Assembly: GCA_016700135.1 (NCBI GenBank)
Contig: CP065004.1
Span: 150,001 to 182,000, forward strand
DNA: 32,000 nt
Source: Candidatus Saccharimonadota bacterium
GTDB lineage: Bacteria > Patescibacteriota > Microgenomatia > UBA1406 > GWC2-37-13
Reading direction: 5' to 3'
The notes beneath the pieces were generated by a model. The model did no database searches and had not been told where the DNA came from. It saw only the letters and a list, made by a program, of their open reading frames with translations. The position numbers and the translations under genes are program-made. Shown here one piece after another: positions 10,231-19,762 of the stretch; positions within the stretch are counted from its first letter, which is position 1; every line of letters starts with the position of its first letter.

Positions 10231-10359
10231 TAAGGTGCAAAGGATGTACACATACGCTTTGACCAGCGAAGTGGTCCCAAATAAGACATCTTGTGTTGTG
10301 GTACATCAGTTTCACCTTTTGATAATTAATAAGTATTAATTAAAAGAAAGGAGAATACT

Positions 10360-10800
10360 ATGTCACTAGATTTAGTTCCAAGAAGATTACTTTCATTCCC
10401 ATCTATAATGCCTTCAATTTGGGATAATGATGACGATTGGTTTACTGCTCCATCTACCCAAACAGGTTTATCAATTTCTGAGGATGAGCAAAAAGTATAT
10501 GTAGAAGCTGCTCTCCCAGGAATTAATCCAGATAACATTGAAGTTACTTATCAAGATGGTTATGTTTGGATAAAAGGACAACAGCAAGAGGAGGAAAATG
10601 ATAAGCAAAAGAAATACTATCGTAAGGCCTCTAATGCTTTCTCCTACAGAGTTGCCGTTCCTGGTGAAGTTGATTTAAACAAAGAACCAGAAGCATTTTA
10701 TGAGCATGGAGTGATGAAAGTATCCTTCATGAAATCTGAGGCAAGTAAGCCAAAGAGAATCACTATTAAGCAGAAAAAACAGCTTGGTAGTGGAAAATAA
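10360..10800 (+). CDS. Hsp20/alpha-crystallin small heat-shock protein
   Basis: Alpha-crystallin domain (YVEAALPGINPDNIEVTYQDGYVWIKG ... FSYRVAVPGEVD ... YEHGVMKVSF). Strong SD AAAGGAGAA upstream. Confidence 0.9.
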   Translation: MSLDLVPRRLLSFPSIMPSIWDNDDDWFTAPSTQTGLSISEDEQKVYVEAALPGINPDNIEVTYQDGYVWIKGQQQEEENDKQKKYYRKASNAFSYRVAVPGEVDLNKEPEAFYEHGVMKVSFMKSEASKPKRITIKQKKQLGSGK

Positions 10801-10818
10801 TCCTGTAGCTTCTGTTTG

Positions 10819-10847
10819 TTGGGCAGAAACGAAATGTTTCTGCCCAA
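10819..10847 (+). terminator. Hairpin after hsp20
   Basis: ttgggcagaaac / gtttctgcccaa, a 12-bp perfect stem with a 5-nt loop. There is no clear U tract. Confidence 0.5.
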
Positions 10848-10909
10848 ATAAGAGGCTAACCAGTAATTTCTCTACTCAATTATGAATTTATATCAAGTAT
10901 TTTTGTGAT

Positions 10910-11446
10910 ATGAATAGAAAAATTGCTTTATACAACTATCCAATAAGAAGTAGCACTATTGTTACAGCACTAAGAATAGTTTCTGTGGTGCTAATTGGCA
11001 TTTTGTTAAGTTTTGTTAGCTATATACCACTAGTGTTGTTAAAAGCAATTTTTTCTTTTGAAGCTCCGATTATATTTATTTCAATACTAATACAGATAGC
11101 TATTCTTGTTTTAGTTAGTCTTGGTATTGTTTCACTACTGATGAAGTGGGCTGGAACCTCTTACGTTATTAAAGATAGTGAAATTATTGTTCAACAAGGA
11201 ATATTTAACATTAAACAAAAAATTTATCCCCTTGAAGGTCATGAAGAAGTTAAAATCTACAAGTCATTTTTTGGGAAAATTTTTGATTATGGAACTCTGT
11301 CTATCTATCAGCCGGTCTTACAGAAGTATATTACTCTAGAGAATATTCAAGATCCTGATTTATTTGCTGAAGTAATTAGGCAAACTAAGTCAAAAGAGTC
11401 ACTCAGTTCAGAAAGAGTAATCTTTTCAAGAAAAAAGAAAAAGTAA
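10910..11446 (+). CDS. Membrane protein with a bacterial PH (bPH_2/YdbS-like) domain
   Basis: Two N-terminal TM helices, then GTSYVIKDSEIIVQQGIFNIKQKIYPLEGHEEVKIYKSFFGKIFDYGTLSI. Confidence 0.7.
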   Translation: MNRKIALYNYPIRSSTIVTALRIVSVVLIGILLSFVSYIPLVLLKAIFSFEAPIIFISILIQIAILVLVSLGIVSLLMKWAGTSYVIKDSEIIVQQGIFNIKQKIYPLEGHEEVKIYKSFFGKIFDYGTLSIYQPVLQKYITLENIQDPDLFAEVIRQTKSKESLSSERVIFSRKKKK

Positions 11447-11500
11447 GTTTGTTTTACAAATACTTGTACTTAGATATCCCTGTAGTTCGAATCCTAGGAT

Positions 11501-11612
11501 GCGGTGTGCTTTCGAAAAAATTCGAACTGATTTCGCCCAAAATTTGTAGGGCGGGCGGAATTCCCCCCAGACCCCCCTTCCGCCCGCCCGCAGAAGCGAC
11601 CCTTTCGGATTG
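11501..11612. repeat. Inverted repeat X, left copy (112 nt)
   Basis: Reverse complement matches 14392-14503 except for two single-nt indels. GC-rich, with an internal 12-bp hairpin (ggcgggcggaa...ttccgcccgcc type). Confidence 0.9.
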
Positions 11613-11683
11613 GACGATTTCAAGTTTTTCGTTCCGCTTTTAGCGGAACTCTGGGTTTCGCCCAGTTTGGCGGCAAATTCTTT

Positions 11684-12598
11684 TTATTTAAAAATTTCTT
11701 TAAAAACTACTTCTAATTCTTTATCTATATTGCTGGGTAATTTTGTATGTGGAATTTTTAAGTTTTTTAACACTGTATCAAATCTTTCAAATCCACCAAG
11801 ACTTCTTAATTCAACCCATTCAATTTTTAAACTATTCAATTGTTTTTTGTTAATGTCAGAAAGTTTGTCAGCTACAAAAACTTTACTGTCTCGTGCTATA
11901 ACCGCATCTGCACTTTCTGGATTCCCTCTTCCCATTAATTTTACTTCGCATTTATACTGATTTGTTCCTTCAACCAAATAAAAATCAATTTCTCTTTCAA
12001 AATCATCTTTTTCAATATCTTTACCTTTTATCTTTAAAGCATAGTTTGCTTCGGGAACACCGTATAATTTACAAAGAGTTTGCATTAGTGGTTTTTCTAC
12101 TCTCTTTCCCGCAGTACTCCATAACCCACCTCTTAATTCTGCTCTTTTAACTGCCAAAGTATTTATTACGATCAAACTCTCACTAACATTTAGATCAACA
12201 CTTACGCCTTTGAATTTGATAGTTAAGGTGAGTTCAAGATCGTGTTCTGTATCAACCAAATTCTTTATAGATTCATATAGTAAATCATAATGTTCATTTG
12301 ATGCATCAATTACTATTTCCTTTGTTGAGGAATTAAACATATTGTGGATTGTCTTTTTATTCAATCCGGAGTTTATAGCAATTTCCTTAGCTGGCAAATT
12401 TGGATTTAAAAAAGCTTTTTTATACCAATCAACAGTAATGTCTTTACTTTTTAGTTTTGCATCTACGATATGTTTAAAAAAATCTATTGCGAATTGTAAA
12501 AATTCAGCGTTAATCAACGTTACAACTTCAATTCTATAATCTTCGCCTTTCAGCAATTTCTTGATTATATTTTTAGCAACTTGTTCTGTTATTGTCAT
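11684..12598 (-). CDS. Putative type II restriction endonuclease (PD-(D/E)XK)
   Basis: EREIDFYLV...YKCEVKLMG fits a D...ExK nuclease core. Its start overlaps the methyltransferase stop by 4 nt (ATGA at 12595-98). The exact family was not recognised. Confidence 0.6.
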   Translation of the reverse strand: MTITEQVAKNIIKKLLKGEDYRIEVVTLINAEFLQFAIDFFKHIVDAKLKSKDITVDWYKKAFLNPNLPAKEIAINSGLNKKTIHNMFNSSTKEIVIDASNEHYDLLYESIKNLVDTEHDLELTLTIKFKGVSVDLNVSESLIVINTLAVKRAELRGGLWSTAGKRVEKPLMQTLCKLYGVPEANYALKIKGKDIEKDDFEREIDFYLVEGTNQYKCEVKLMGRGNPESADAVIARDSKVFVADKLSDINKKQLNSLKIEWVELRSLGGFERFDTVLKNLKIPHTKLPSNIDKELEVVFKEIFK

Positions 12599-14010
12599 AT
12601 ATTTTCCTTAATTATATTTATAAAATTTTTTATGTCGATGAAGTTTGGTTGATTATTCTTTTGATTAAACAAATCATCTTTTTTAATTAAATCTTCTTTC
12701 ATCCTATTTACATATTTTGCTTCTTTTTCTGTCAGGAAGAAATTCCTGTTAAGATTGACAGCAGCTCTTCCCAATGTTCCGCTTCCAGCGAATGGATCAA
12801 AAATTAAATCATCAACAAAAGAATAATATTTTATAACTCTATTGCATAATTCCATTGGAAAAACAGCACTGTGAACCCTATCAAAAGTAGGGTCTATGTG
12901 CCAAACATTCGTGGTTTCGTATTTGTCTTGAACTTTGCTTTTCTTTACTTTATCCCAACTATATTGATGTATATTCCAGTCAATTAGTTTATCTGTCTTT
13001 TTTCTATAAACCATTAGCATTTCAGTAATTGCGTTAGGTTTATAACCTAATGGTTTTCGATGTTGTAAAAAACCCGCATTTCTATTTTTTACACTTGCTT
13101 CGGGTTTCACCCAAACTATATCGTCGATAAACTCCCAACCCATTTTAACCAATAAAGGATGAATGTCATATGGAATAGGGTATCTTTTACTTGCGTGAGC
13201 ACGACTTATTCTAGGAATTATAATTGGTGAAGTATTAAGTACAAAAAATCTACCTTCTTTTGTAACCCGATGAACCTCTTTAAAAACTTCCTCTAAAAAA
13301 TTTAAATACTCATCATAACTCTGATAAATTGAATAATCTCTAGCATTGTAATAGGGCGGTGAAGTAAAAGTTAAGTGAACAGATTCTTCAGGAACATACT
13401 TTAATACCTCTAAAACATCTCCTTGAACAATAGTATTTTTTAAATATTTAGGAAATTCATCGTGCTTGCCGCTATTTTTTGAACTATAGCTTACACCATT
13501 AATTTCCTTACCTATAACCTCCTTTATTAACTCATTCGGATGATTAAGTAATTTAGATAACTCTTTTTTAACTTGGTCATTATTTGAAAAAACAAGTAAT
13601 CCACGAATGGCCTGCATTACAACTTTCGGATCTTTATCTGATAATAATTTTATCAAGACTGGAATAGTTTTCTCGTTTCTTAATCGCCCAATAGCAGAAA
13701 CTGATTCTCTTCTAACTTCAGTACTTTCATCTTGTTTTGCGAATTTAACGAAAGTATCTAGTAAGGAAATATCACCAATTTTTGCAAGATTCTTCAAGGC
13801 AAGTGATCTTATTGTCTCATTGTTATTCTCTAATAAATTCAATAGTGGTTGTTTGCTGTATCCATTTTTCAATCTTCCTAATTTCTCTAACACATAAACA
13901 ATAGTACCGTCATTTTGATCTTGTAGAAACGATAAAAGAGCTTTTGTATCATTTTTTAAACTATCAATCTGTTCTTTGTTTATTTGTTTGCTTAAAACTG
14001 ATCTATTCAT
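12595..14010 (-). CDS. Beta-class N4/N6 DNA methyltransferase with an N-terminal HEAT-repeat domain
   Basis: Motif IV TFTSPPYYNARDY (SPPY, typical of m4C enzymes) comes before motif I FDPFAGSGTLGRAA, which is the beta order. The first ~180 aa have PBS-lyase/HEAT-like repeats (ETIRSLALKNLAKIGD, STEVRRESVSAIGRL, DPKVVMQAIRGL). Confidence 0.9.
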   Translation of the reverse strand: MNRSVLSKQINKEQIDSLKNDTKALLSFLQDQNDGTIVYVLEKLGRLKNGYSKQPLLNLLENNNETIRSLALKNLAKIGDISLLDTFVKFAKQDESTEVRRESVSAIGRLRNEKTIPVLIKLLSDKDPKVVMQAIRGLLVFSNNDQVKKELSKLLNHPNELIKEVIGKEINGVSYSSKNSGKHDEFPKYLKNTIVQGDVLEVLKYVPEESVHLTFTSPPYYNARDYSIYQSYDEYLNFLEEVFKEVHRVTKEGRFFVLNTSPIIIPRISRAHASKRYPIPYDIHPLLVKMGWEFIDDIVWVKPEASVKNRNAGFLQHRKPLGYKPNAITEMLMVYRKKTDKLIDWNIHQYSWDKVKKSKVQDKYETTNVWHIDPTFDRVHSAVFPMELCNRVIKYYSFVDDLIFDPFAGSGTLGRAAVNLNRNFFLTEKEAKYVNRMKEDLIKKDDLFNQKNNQPNFIDIKNFINIIKENI

Positions 14011-14014
14011 AATT

Positions 14015-14230
14015 TTATTTCATTAAATTATCAATAGTAATCCCTAATCCGTTAGCTATCTTCATAACTGTTTGAATAGTCGGTTTGGTTATTACATTGC
14101 TTTCAATTTTGGTTAGTGTTGTATAAGGAAGATCGGATTTTCTCGCCAATTCATCCTGTGTCAAACCTTGCTTATTTCTAAGCTGTTTTATTTTATCCCC
14201 AATGGTTTCATTATTGTTTTGACTTTTCAT
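14015..14230 (-). CDS. XRE-family HTH protein, probable R-M controller (C) protein
   Basis: 71 aa (IKQLRNKQGLTQDELARKSDLPYTTLTKIESN), ending 4 nt upstream of the methyltransferase start. Confidence 0.85.
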   Translation of the reverse strand: MKSQNNNETIGDKIKQLRNKQGLTQDELARKSDLPYTTLTKIESNVITKPTIQTVMKIANGLGITIDNLMK

Positions 14231-14284
14231 AGTTTCCTAAGTATGATAGTATTAGTATGGGTGCTTATTTAACCCTTCATAAAT

Positions 14285-14313
14285 ATGATAACAAATATAC
14301 TGGAATCAATCAA
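14285..14313 (-). promoter_or_regulatory. Candidate promoter of the C-M-R operon
   Basis: Minus strand: TTGATT (14313-08), 17 nt, TATCAT (14290-85). An AGGAAA SD precedes ATG 14230. Confidence 0.4.
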
Positions 14314-14324
14314 ATTAAAAATGA

Positions 14325-14343
14325 GGGAAGCCCGCTTTTGGCC
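14325..14343. repeat. 19-nt inverted repeat, left arm (partner 14602-14620)
   Basis: gggaagcccgcttttggcc versus ggccaaaagcgggcttccc. The flanking aaattaaaaatga (14312-24) also pairs with 14627-39. Confidence 0.9.
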
Positions 14344-14371
14344 CAAAATGAAGTTCGAGCCGATATTTTTT
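14344..14371. repeat. 28-nt inverted repeat P, left copy (partner 15987-16014)
   Basis: caaaatgaagttcgagccgatatttttt is the exact reverse complement of 15987-16014, which lies inside the recombinase 3' coding region. Confidence 0.9.
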
Positions 14372-14391
14372 CAGGTTCTTTGGCAGTTTTT

Positions 14392-14503
14392 CAATCCGAA
14401 AGGGCGCTTCTGCGGGCGGGCGGAAGGGGGGTCTGGGGGAGAATTCCGCCCGCCCTACAAATTTTGGGCGAAATCAGTTCGAATTTTTTCGAAAGCACAC
14501 CGC
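14392..14503. repeat. Inverted repeat X, right copy (112 nt)
   Basis: See 11501-11612. Internal hairpin gggcgggcggaa (14414-25) / ttccgcccgccc (14444-55) with an 18-nt G-rich loop. Confidence 0.9.
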
Positions 14504-14583
14504 CAGTTAGGAAATGTCTTTGTTGGCTCGTCGCCTCTCTCGAGGGCTCGCCAGCCGATTTTAAGCGCAAATTGGAATTTTTT
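14500..14583. repeat. Inverted repeat Q, left copy (84 nt, perfect)
   Basis: ccgccagttaggaaatgtctttgttggctcgtcgcctctctcgagggctcgccagccgattttaagcgcaaattggaatttttt is the exact reverse complement of 16021-16104. Confidence 0.95.
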
Positions 14584-14601
14584 CTTTGCCCCGAATGGGC
14601 T

Positions 14602-14620
14602 GGCCAAAAGCGGGCTTCCC
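14602..14620. repeat. 19-nt inverted repeat, right arm (partner 14325-14343)
   Basis: See 14325-14343. Confidence 0.9.
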
Positions 14621-14652
14621 TAATTTTCATTTTTAATTTTTAAGAAGGAACT

Positions 14653-16265
<1,613 letters not shown>

Positions 16266-16281
<16 letters not shown>

Positions 16282-17090
16282 GAGCCGAAGAACGGCGTTA
16301 TCCGCCAGGAATATACGAAGTCCCTCAAGTTGAGCCGGTACCTGTAGTTTTAGAAGAGTTCGGGCAACAGGTCTCACAACGGCTTCATGACGTCGCACAA
16401 AGAACAGGGACTATGCCCACGATCATCGCTCCTCTCAACGGATCTGTTATGCCTCTTTATGCCGTCTGTCGCGAATGGCAGCGGGCAGGAGGATGTGTTG
16501 AGGATATTGCCCATCAGGTACACCTGGTAAACACCCGCAAAGTAGGTGAAGCCGCCGAATGTGTCATTCTTACTGAAGAAGATCCTGGTGAACTGGCATT
16601 TGTAATTGAAGATATCATTGATGATGGCGGAACCGGCGAGATTATTGAAAAAGCCTATCCTGAAACCCATTTTGAACTTCACGCTCCTCTCAGCAAGGTC
16701 GGAAAGATAGAAACTGCACGGGCAAAACTTCCCCGGACAAAAGTCACAACAACAAGAACTGTTGACAATGTTTGGATTGTCGGCGGCGGGGGACTTGACG
16801 GAGGATCAATGAAACTGAACGGTGTCCACGATTACCAGAATGTCGAACTGGCAGTCGCTGCAAGACTTATGGATCGTTATGTATATCACAACAACGATGA
16901 GGTGCTTCCTCCGTATGAAGAGCAACTCCGGGCTTTTACTGCAGCAAGGCTCCCTTGGATCACTCCCGGATCTACAATTCACATGTGGATGCTTCGTGCT
17001 GAATGGGCAAAAATGAAAGGCAAGGTCGATGTTTTGCAGGATTTAGCCTCAATATTCCCTTACATTCTTCAAAACGAAATCGGATCATAA
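16266..17090 (+). CDS. Phosphoribosyltransferase, HGPRT-like, with a ~90-aa C-terminal extension
   Basis: PRPP-binding motif FVIEDIIDDGGTGE and VWIVGGGGLDGG (compare FVVGYGLDY of Hpt). Confidence 0.75.
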
Positions 17091-18131
17091 CCTGATAATT
17101 TCTTCGGGCATCTCCGCCAGATCCTTTACTTCTTCTTCCGTTGTTGTTGCAATAGTCTGATGTTCCTTGATCATAGCCATTACCAGCTCCCGGTTGTGTT
17201 CATCAAGTTCTGAAAAGATGTCGTCCAGCAAAAGAAGCGGCTTGGTAGAAGTGTGCTCTTCAAAATATGATAGTTCGTTGAGCTTGAGCCAAAAGACAGC
17301 CATCCTCTGCTCACTCCGCGAACCGTACAGACTGACGTTCTTCTCAGAAGGTGAGTACAAATTAAATATAAAATCATCCTTTTGCGGACCGATTAATGTC
17401 CTTCTGAGACGATATTCCCGATTCTTTACTTCATTAAGGCGCTTCTGAGAAAAAAGATCTTGTGAATACGTGATTGAAAATTTTTTCCCGTTTACAGAAG
17501 GATGATTATTCAAGTACTCAATATAAGAGGCCCTCTTTTTTGAGATATACTCCCCGTGTTCCAGAAGATAATTATCCCAGAATCGAAGCTCATCAAAAAG
17601 CCGTAACTCGTCTTCATAACGCTCAAGGATTTTATTCCTTTTTCGCAAAGCGTTTTCGAAATATCTCAATTTCTTTCTGTATTCCCGATCGACTGCTGAT
17701 ATTACATCATCAAAATATCTTCTCCGGCGGCTCGGAGAACCCGTGATAATCTGTATTTGTTCCGGAGCAAACAGGACTGCCTGAGTTTGCATGCTGCGGT
17801 ATTGATTGGAGGACTTTCCTGTTTTGTTGACATAATAGGTTTTCCGCACAGTCGTTTCAGAAGATTTCTGCATCCGTACCTGAAAAAAAGTTTTCTGATC
17901 CTGCTCCGAATAAACGGACTCAATCAAATTATCGTCGTATTCCCATCGTACCAGTTCAATTTCTCTCGTTTCGCGAAAGCCTGTACCGTAAACTGAAGAA
18001 AACACTGCTTCCAATAGACTGGTTTTCCCTCTTGCGTTTTCTCCGATAATAAGGGTCAGATACGGGCTGAATTGAAAATCAGCCTTTCCGAAATTGCGGA
18101 AGTTGGTCAAATGTATTTGTTTCAAAATCAT
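17085..18131 (-). CDS. recF: DNA replication/repair protein RecF
   Basis: MILKQIHLTNFRNF...IIGENARGKTSLLEA Walker A, LLLLDDIFSELD Walker B. The start is set at cat 18129-31, because the tracked 48-aa extension is not RecF-like. Confidence 0.9.
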   Translation of the reverse strand: MILKQIHLTNFRNFGKADFQFSPYLTLIIGENARGKTSLLEAVFSSVYGTGFRETREIELVRWEYDDNLIESVYSEQDQKTFFQVRMQKSSETTVRKTYYVNKTGKSSNQYRSMQTQAVLFAPEQIQIITGSPSRRRRYFDDVISAVDREYRKKLRYFENALRKRNKILERYEDELRLFDELRFWDNYLLEHGEYISKKRASYIEYLNNHPSVNGKKFSITYSQDLFSQKRLNEVKNREYRLRRTLIGPQKDDFIFNLYSPSEKNVSLYGSRSEQRMAVFWLKLNELSYFEEHTSTKPLLLLDDIFSELDEHNRELVMAMIKEHQTIATTTEEEVKDLAEMPEEIIRL

Positions 18132-18280
18132 GATCCAAACAATAATTCTTATTAAGTTCTGTCTTTCCTTCCGCCGGCTGGCGGATGATCCGGAATCCAG
18201 GAAGCAAACCGGATGCTGAATCTCGGCCAGAGGACGATGAGCCTTTGGCTCATTGTCCAGCAGACATTGTAACAAATATA

Positions 18281-19609
18281 TTATTTTTTCTTTAAGAGGA
18301 AGATCGACTCCATAAATGAAGGCAGTCGGAATATAGAGTTTCGCTGGAGCATAGCGTCAGGATGCTCTAAAAATTTTCTTCGCCAAAATTTTGCGGTAAA
18401 TATGGATAAGTGTGAATAATCCTTGCTGTACAGCCAGCGTATCCAAAGGTTTTCTTTTGTATAGATTTTGTGCATGATGTATTTTCTGGAAACACGTATC
18501 GTCTCATCTATAGCTTTTTTGATTTTACCCCTCTCTACATGTTCAAGCACGTCAAAGGTCAGGACTAGGTCAAACTCTTCCTTATCAAACGGCAACTTCA
18601 CAATATCCGCTTCCTTTAAAAAAGGGCGGACTGATTTGTCCGCCAGAGCGAGCGCATGCTCGGAAATTTCGACACCGTATGCATCGATGCCGAAGGTGCG
18701 AAGGGTTTTTACAAGATTGCCCGTTCCGCACCCTACATCCAGGCAATTTTTCGGTTTAAGGAACATTCGGATGAGGAGGGCCCGATAATAATTAGCTGCC
18801 CATATCATAAATTTTCCGACAGCAGATGATTTTTGCGCAAATTTATACTTTGCCTTGTCTCCCATGTAGTATTCACGGTCATAAAAGCTGGCATTAATTT
18901 TATAGGGCATGATGACCGTGCCCTTAAAGGAATCGCCTTCAATAATCCGTTCAAGATTTCTGAAGTTTTCACCGTTAGCTACAATGACCGTGAGGCGCAG
19001 TTTTCGGGCAAGCTGAGCTGCAATCGGATCGAAAGGTGCATTAATGCCCGGGGACCACTCTGTCCCTACGATCTTTTCCAGTTCACCCCAGGTCAGTTTT
19101 TCGATTGCCTTTGCGTCTTTGTGGGTACGCGGGTCCTTGTCGTATACCCAATCAATGTTTGAGAGGTTGATAATAAGATTGGCACCATAGTCACGTGCCA
19201 AAACCACTGCGTCATAATCTGTAGACCAGCCCGGTTTCCATCCGGCACCGACTACAACCGGTTCCTTCCAGTTGTTCAGTTTTTTATCATAGTTTTCGAT
19301 AATACGGGGATGAGCAATATCTTCAAAAATGGTACGAAGTAAATGCGCATTCAGTCTTGTTGCATGAATACCGATCCAGTCCAAATCTTCATCTGACATT
19401 GTTCCGATAACGGTTTTTCCGGCATCACGATAATGACGGGCAGTACGGCCTCCTCCTGCGACCAAAAAAAAGCGCTTACCGCGCTTAATATATTTTCGAA
19501 TAAAGGCATTGAGTTGTGAAAGGAATTTGGTATCAATACCGTCCCCAGTAACGAGAAGGGACCCCCCTATGGAGATAACAATTGGCGGTTCCTGGGTGTC
19601 AAAAAGCAT
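18281..19609 (-). CDS. pyrH: Fusion protein: archaeal-type UMP kinase (amino-acid-kinase fold) plus a C-terminal class I SAM-dependent methyltransferase
   Basis: N-terminal half: ISIGGSLL, AGGGRTARHY, ATRLNAHLL, GWKPGWSTD, NIDWVYDKDPR, FDPIAA. C-terminal half: LDVGCGTGNLV, FDLVLTFDVLEHV. It is one uninterrupted ORF. Confidence 0.85.
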   Translation of the reverse strand: MLFDTQEPPIVISIGGSLLVTGDGIDTKFLSQLNAFIRKYIKRGKRFFLVAGGGRTARHYRDAGKTVIGTMSDEDLDWIGIHATRLNAHLLRTIFEDIAHPRIIENYDKKLNNWKEPVVVGAGWKPGWSTDYDAVVLARDYGANLIINLSNIDWVYDKDPRTHKDAKAIEKLTWGELEKIVGTEWSPGINAPFDPIAAQLARKLRLTVIVANGENFRNLERIIEGDSFKGTVIMPYKINASFYDREYYMGDKAKYKFAQKSSAVGKFMIWAANYYRALLIRMFLKPKNCLDVGCGTGNLVKTLRTFGIDAYGVEISEHALALADKSVRPFLKEADIVKLPFDKEEFDLVLTFDVLEHVERGKIKKAIDETIRVSRKYIMHKIYTKENLWIRWLYSKDYSHLSIFTAKFWRRKFLEHPDAMLQRNSIFRLPSFMESIFLLKKK

Positions 19610-19619
19610 ATTTTTCGCT

Positions 19620-19645
19620 AAAAAAAACCGCTTATAAATAAGCGG
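19620..19645 (-). terminator. Terminator-like hairpin plus U8 in the leader of the pyrH-fusion gene (possible attenuator)
   Basis: Minus strand: ccgctta-tttA-taagcgg (7-bp stem, 4-nt loop) followed by 8 U (A-run at 19620-27). It ends 10 nt before ATG 19609. Confidence 0.4.
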
Positions 19646-19725
19646 ATATAAATAACTACTTAGTAAATGGAAATTTGAATTCGTTTATTATTCATAGAAA
19701 GTGTATTACCTATTATAAATTAGCT

Positions 19726-19754
19726 TTGACAAAAATCAACCTTTTGGCTACAAT
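19726..19754 (+). promoter_or_regulatory. Sigma70-type promoter, leaderless geometry
   Basis: TTGACA (19726-31), 17 nt, TACAAT (19749-54), 8 nt, ATG 19763. Confidence 0.6.
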
Positions 19755-19762
19755 GAGAGCAG

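Noticed and set aside
11481-11504. tRNA-like T-loop decamer GTTCGAATCC next to site A
   Set aside because: The flanking bases do not form a T stem or an acceptor stem (checked by hand), so no cloverleaf is possible. At most it is a decayed tRNA fragment or a coincidence.
11426-11643. 65-aa and 64-aa ORFs over repeat X-left
   Set aside because: They lie wholly inside the inverted repeat. The related peptide (RPPYKFWAKSVRIFSKAH) appears in the ORFs at 14285..14623 only because the DNA is repeated. There is no start context.
11631-11665. Two small hairpins (gttccgc/gcggaac and ctggg/cccag) downstream of the REase gene as the R-M terminator
   Set aside because: The stems are short and neither strand has a U tract. 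They were not called as a feature.
11610-12539. + strand ORFs 11610..11960, 11962..12150 and 12342..12539
   Set aside because: They are antisense to the restriction endonuclease gene in very AT-rich DNA and give low-complexity Phe/Leu/Ser-rich peptides.
14240-14259. AGTAT direct repeats (aGTATGatAGTATtAGTATG) in the C-gene leader as a C-box operator
   Set aside because: Known C-boxes are inverted repeats, whereas these are direct repeats in AT-rich DNA. They cannot be distinguished from chance.
14257-14643. 128-aa, 112-aa and 79-aa ORFs in the spacer upstream of the recombinase
   Set aside because: They are composed of repeats P, X and Q. The frame stays open because of GC-rich repeat composition in an AT-rich context. 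I treated the region as non-coding repeat DNA.
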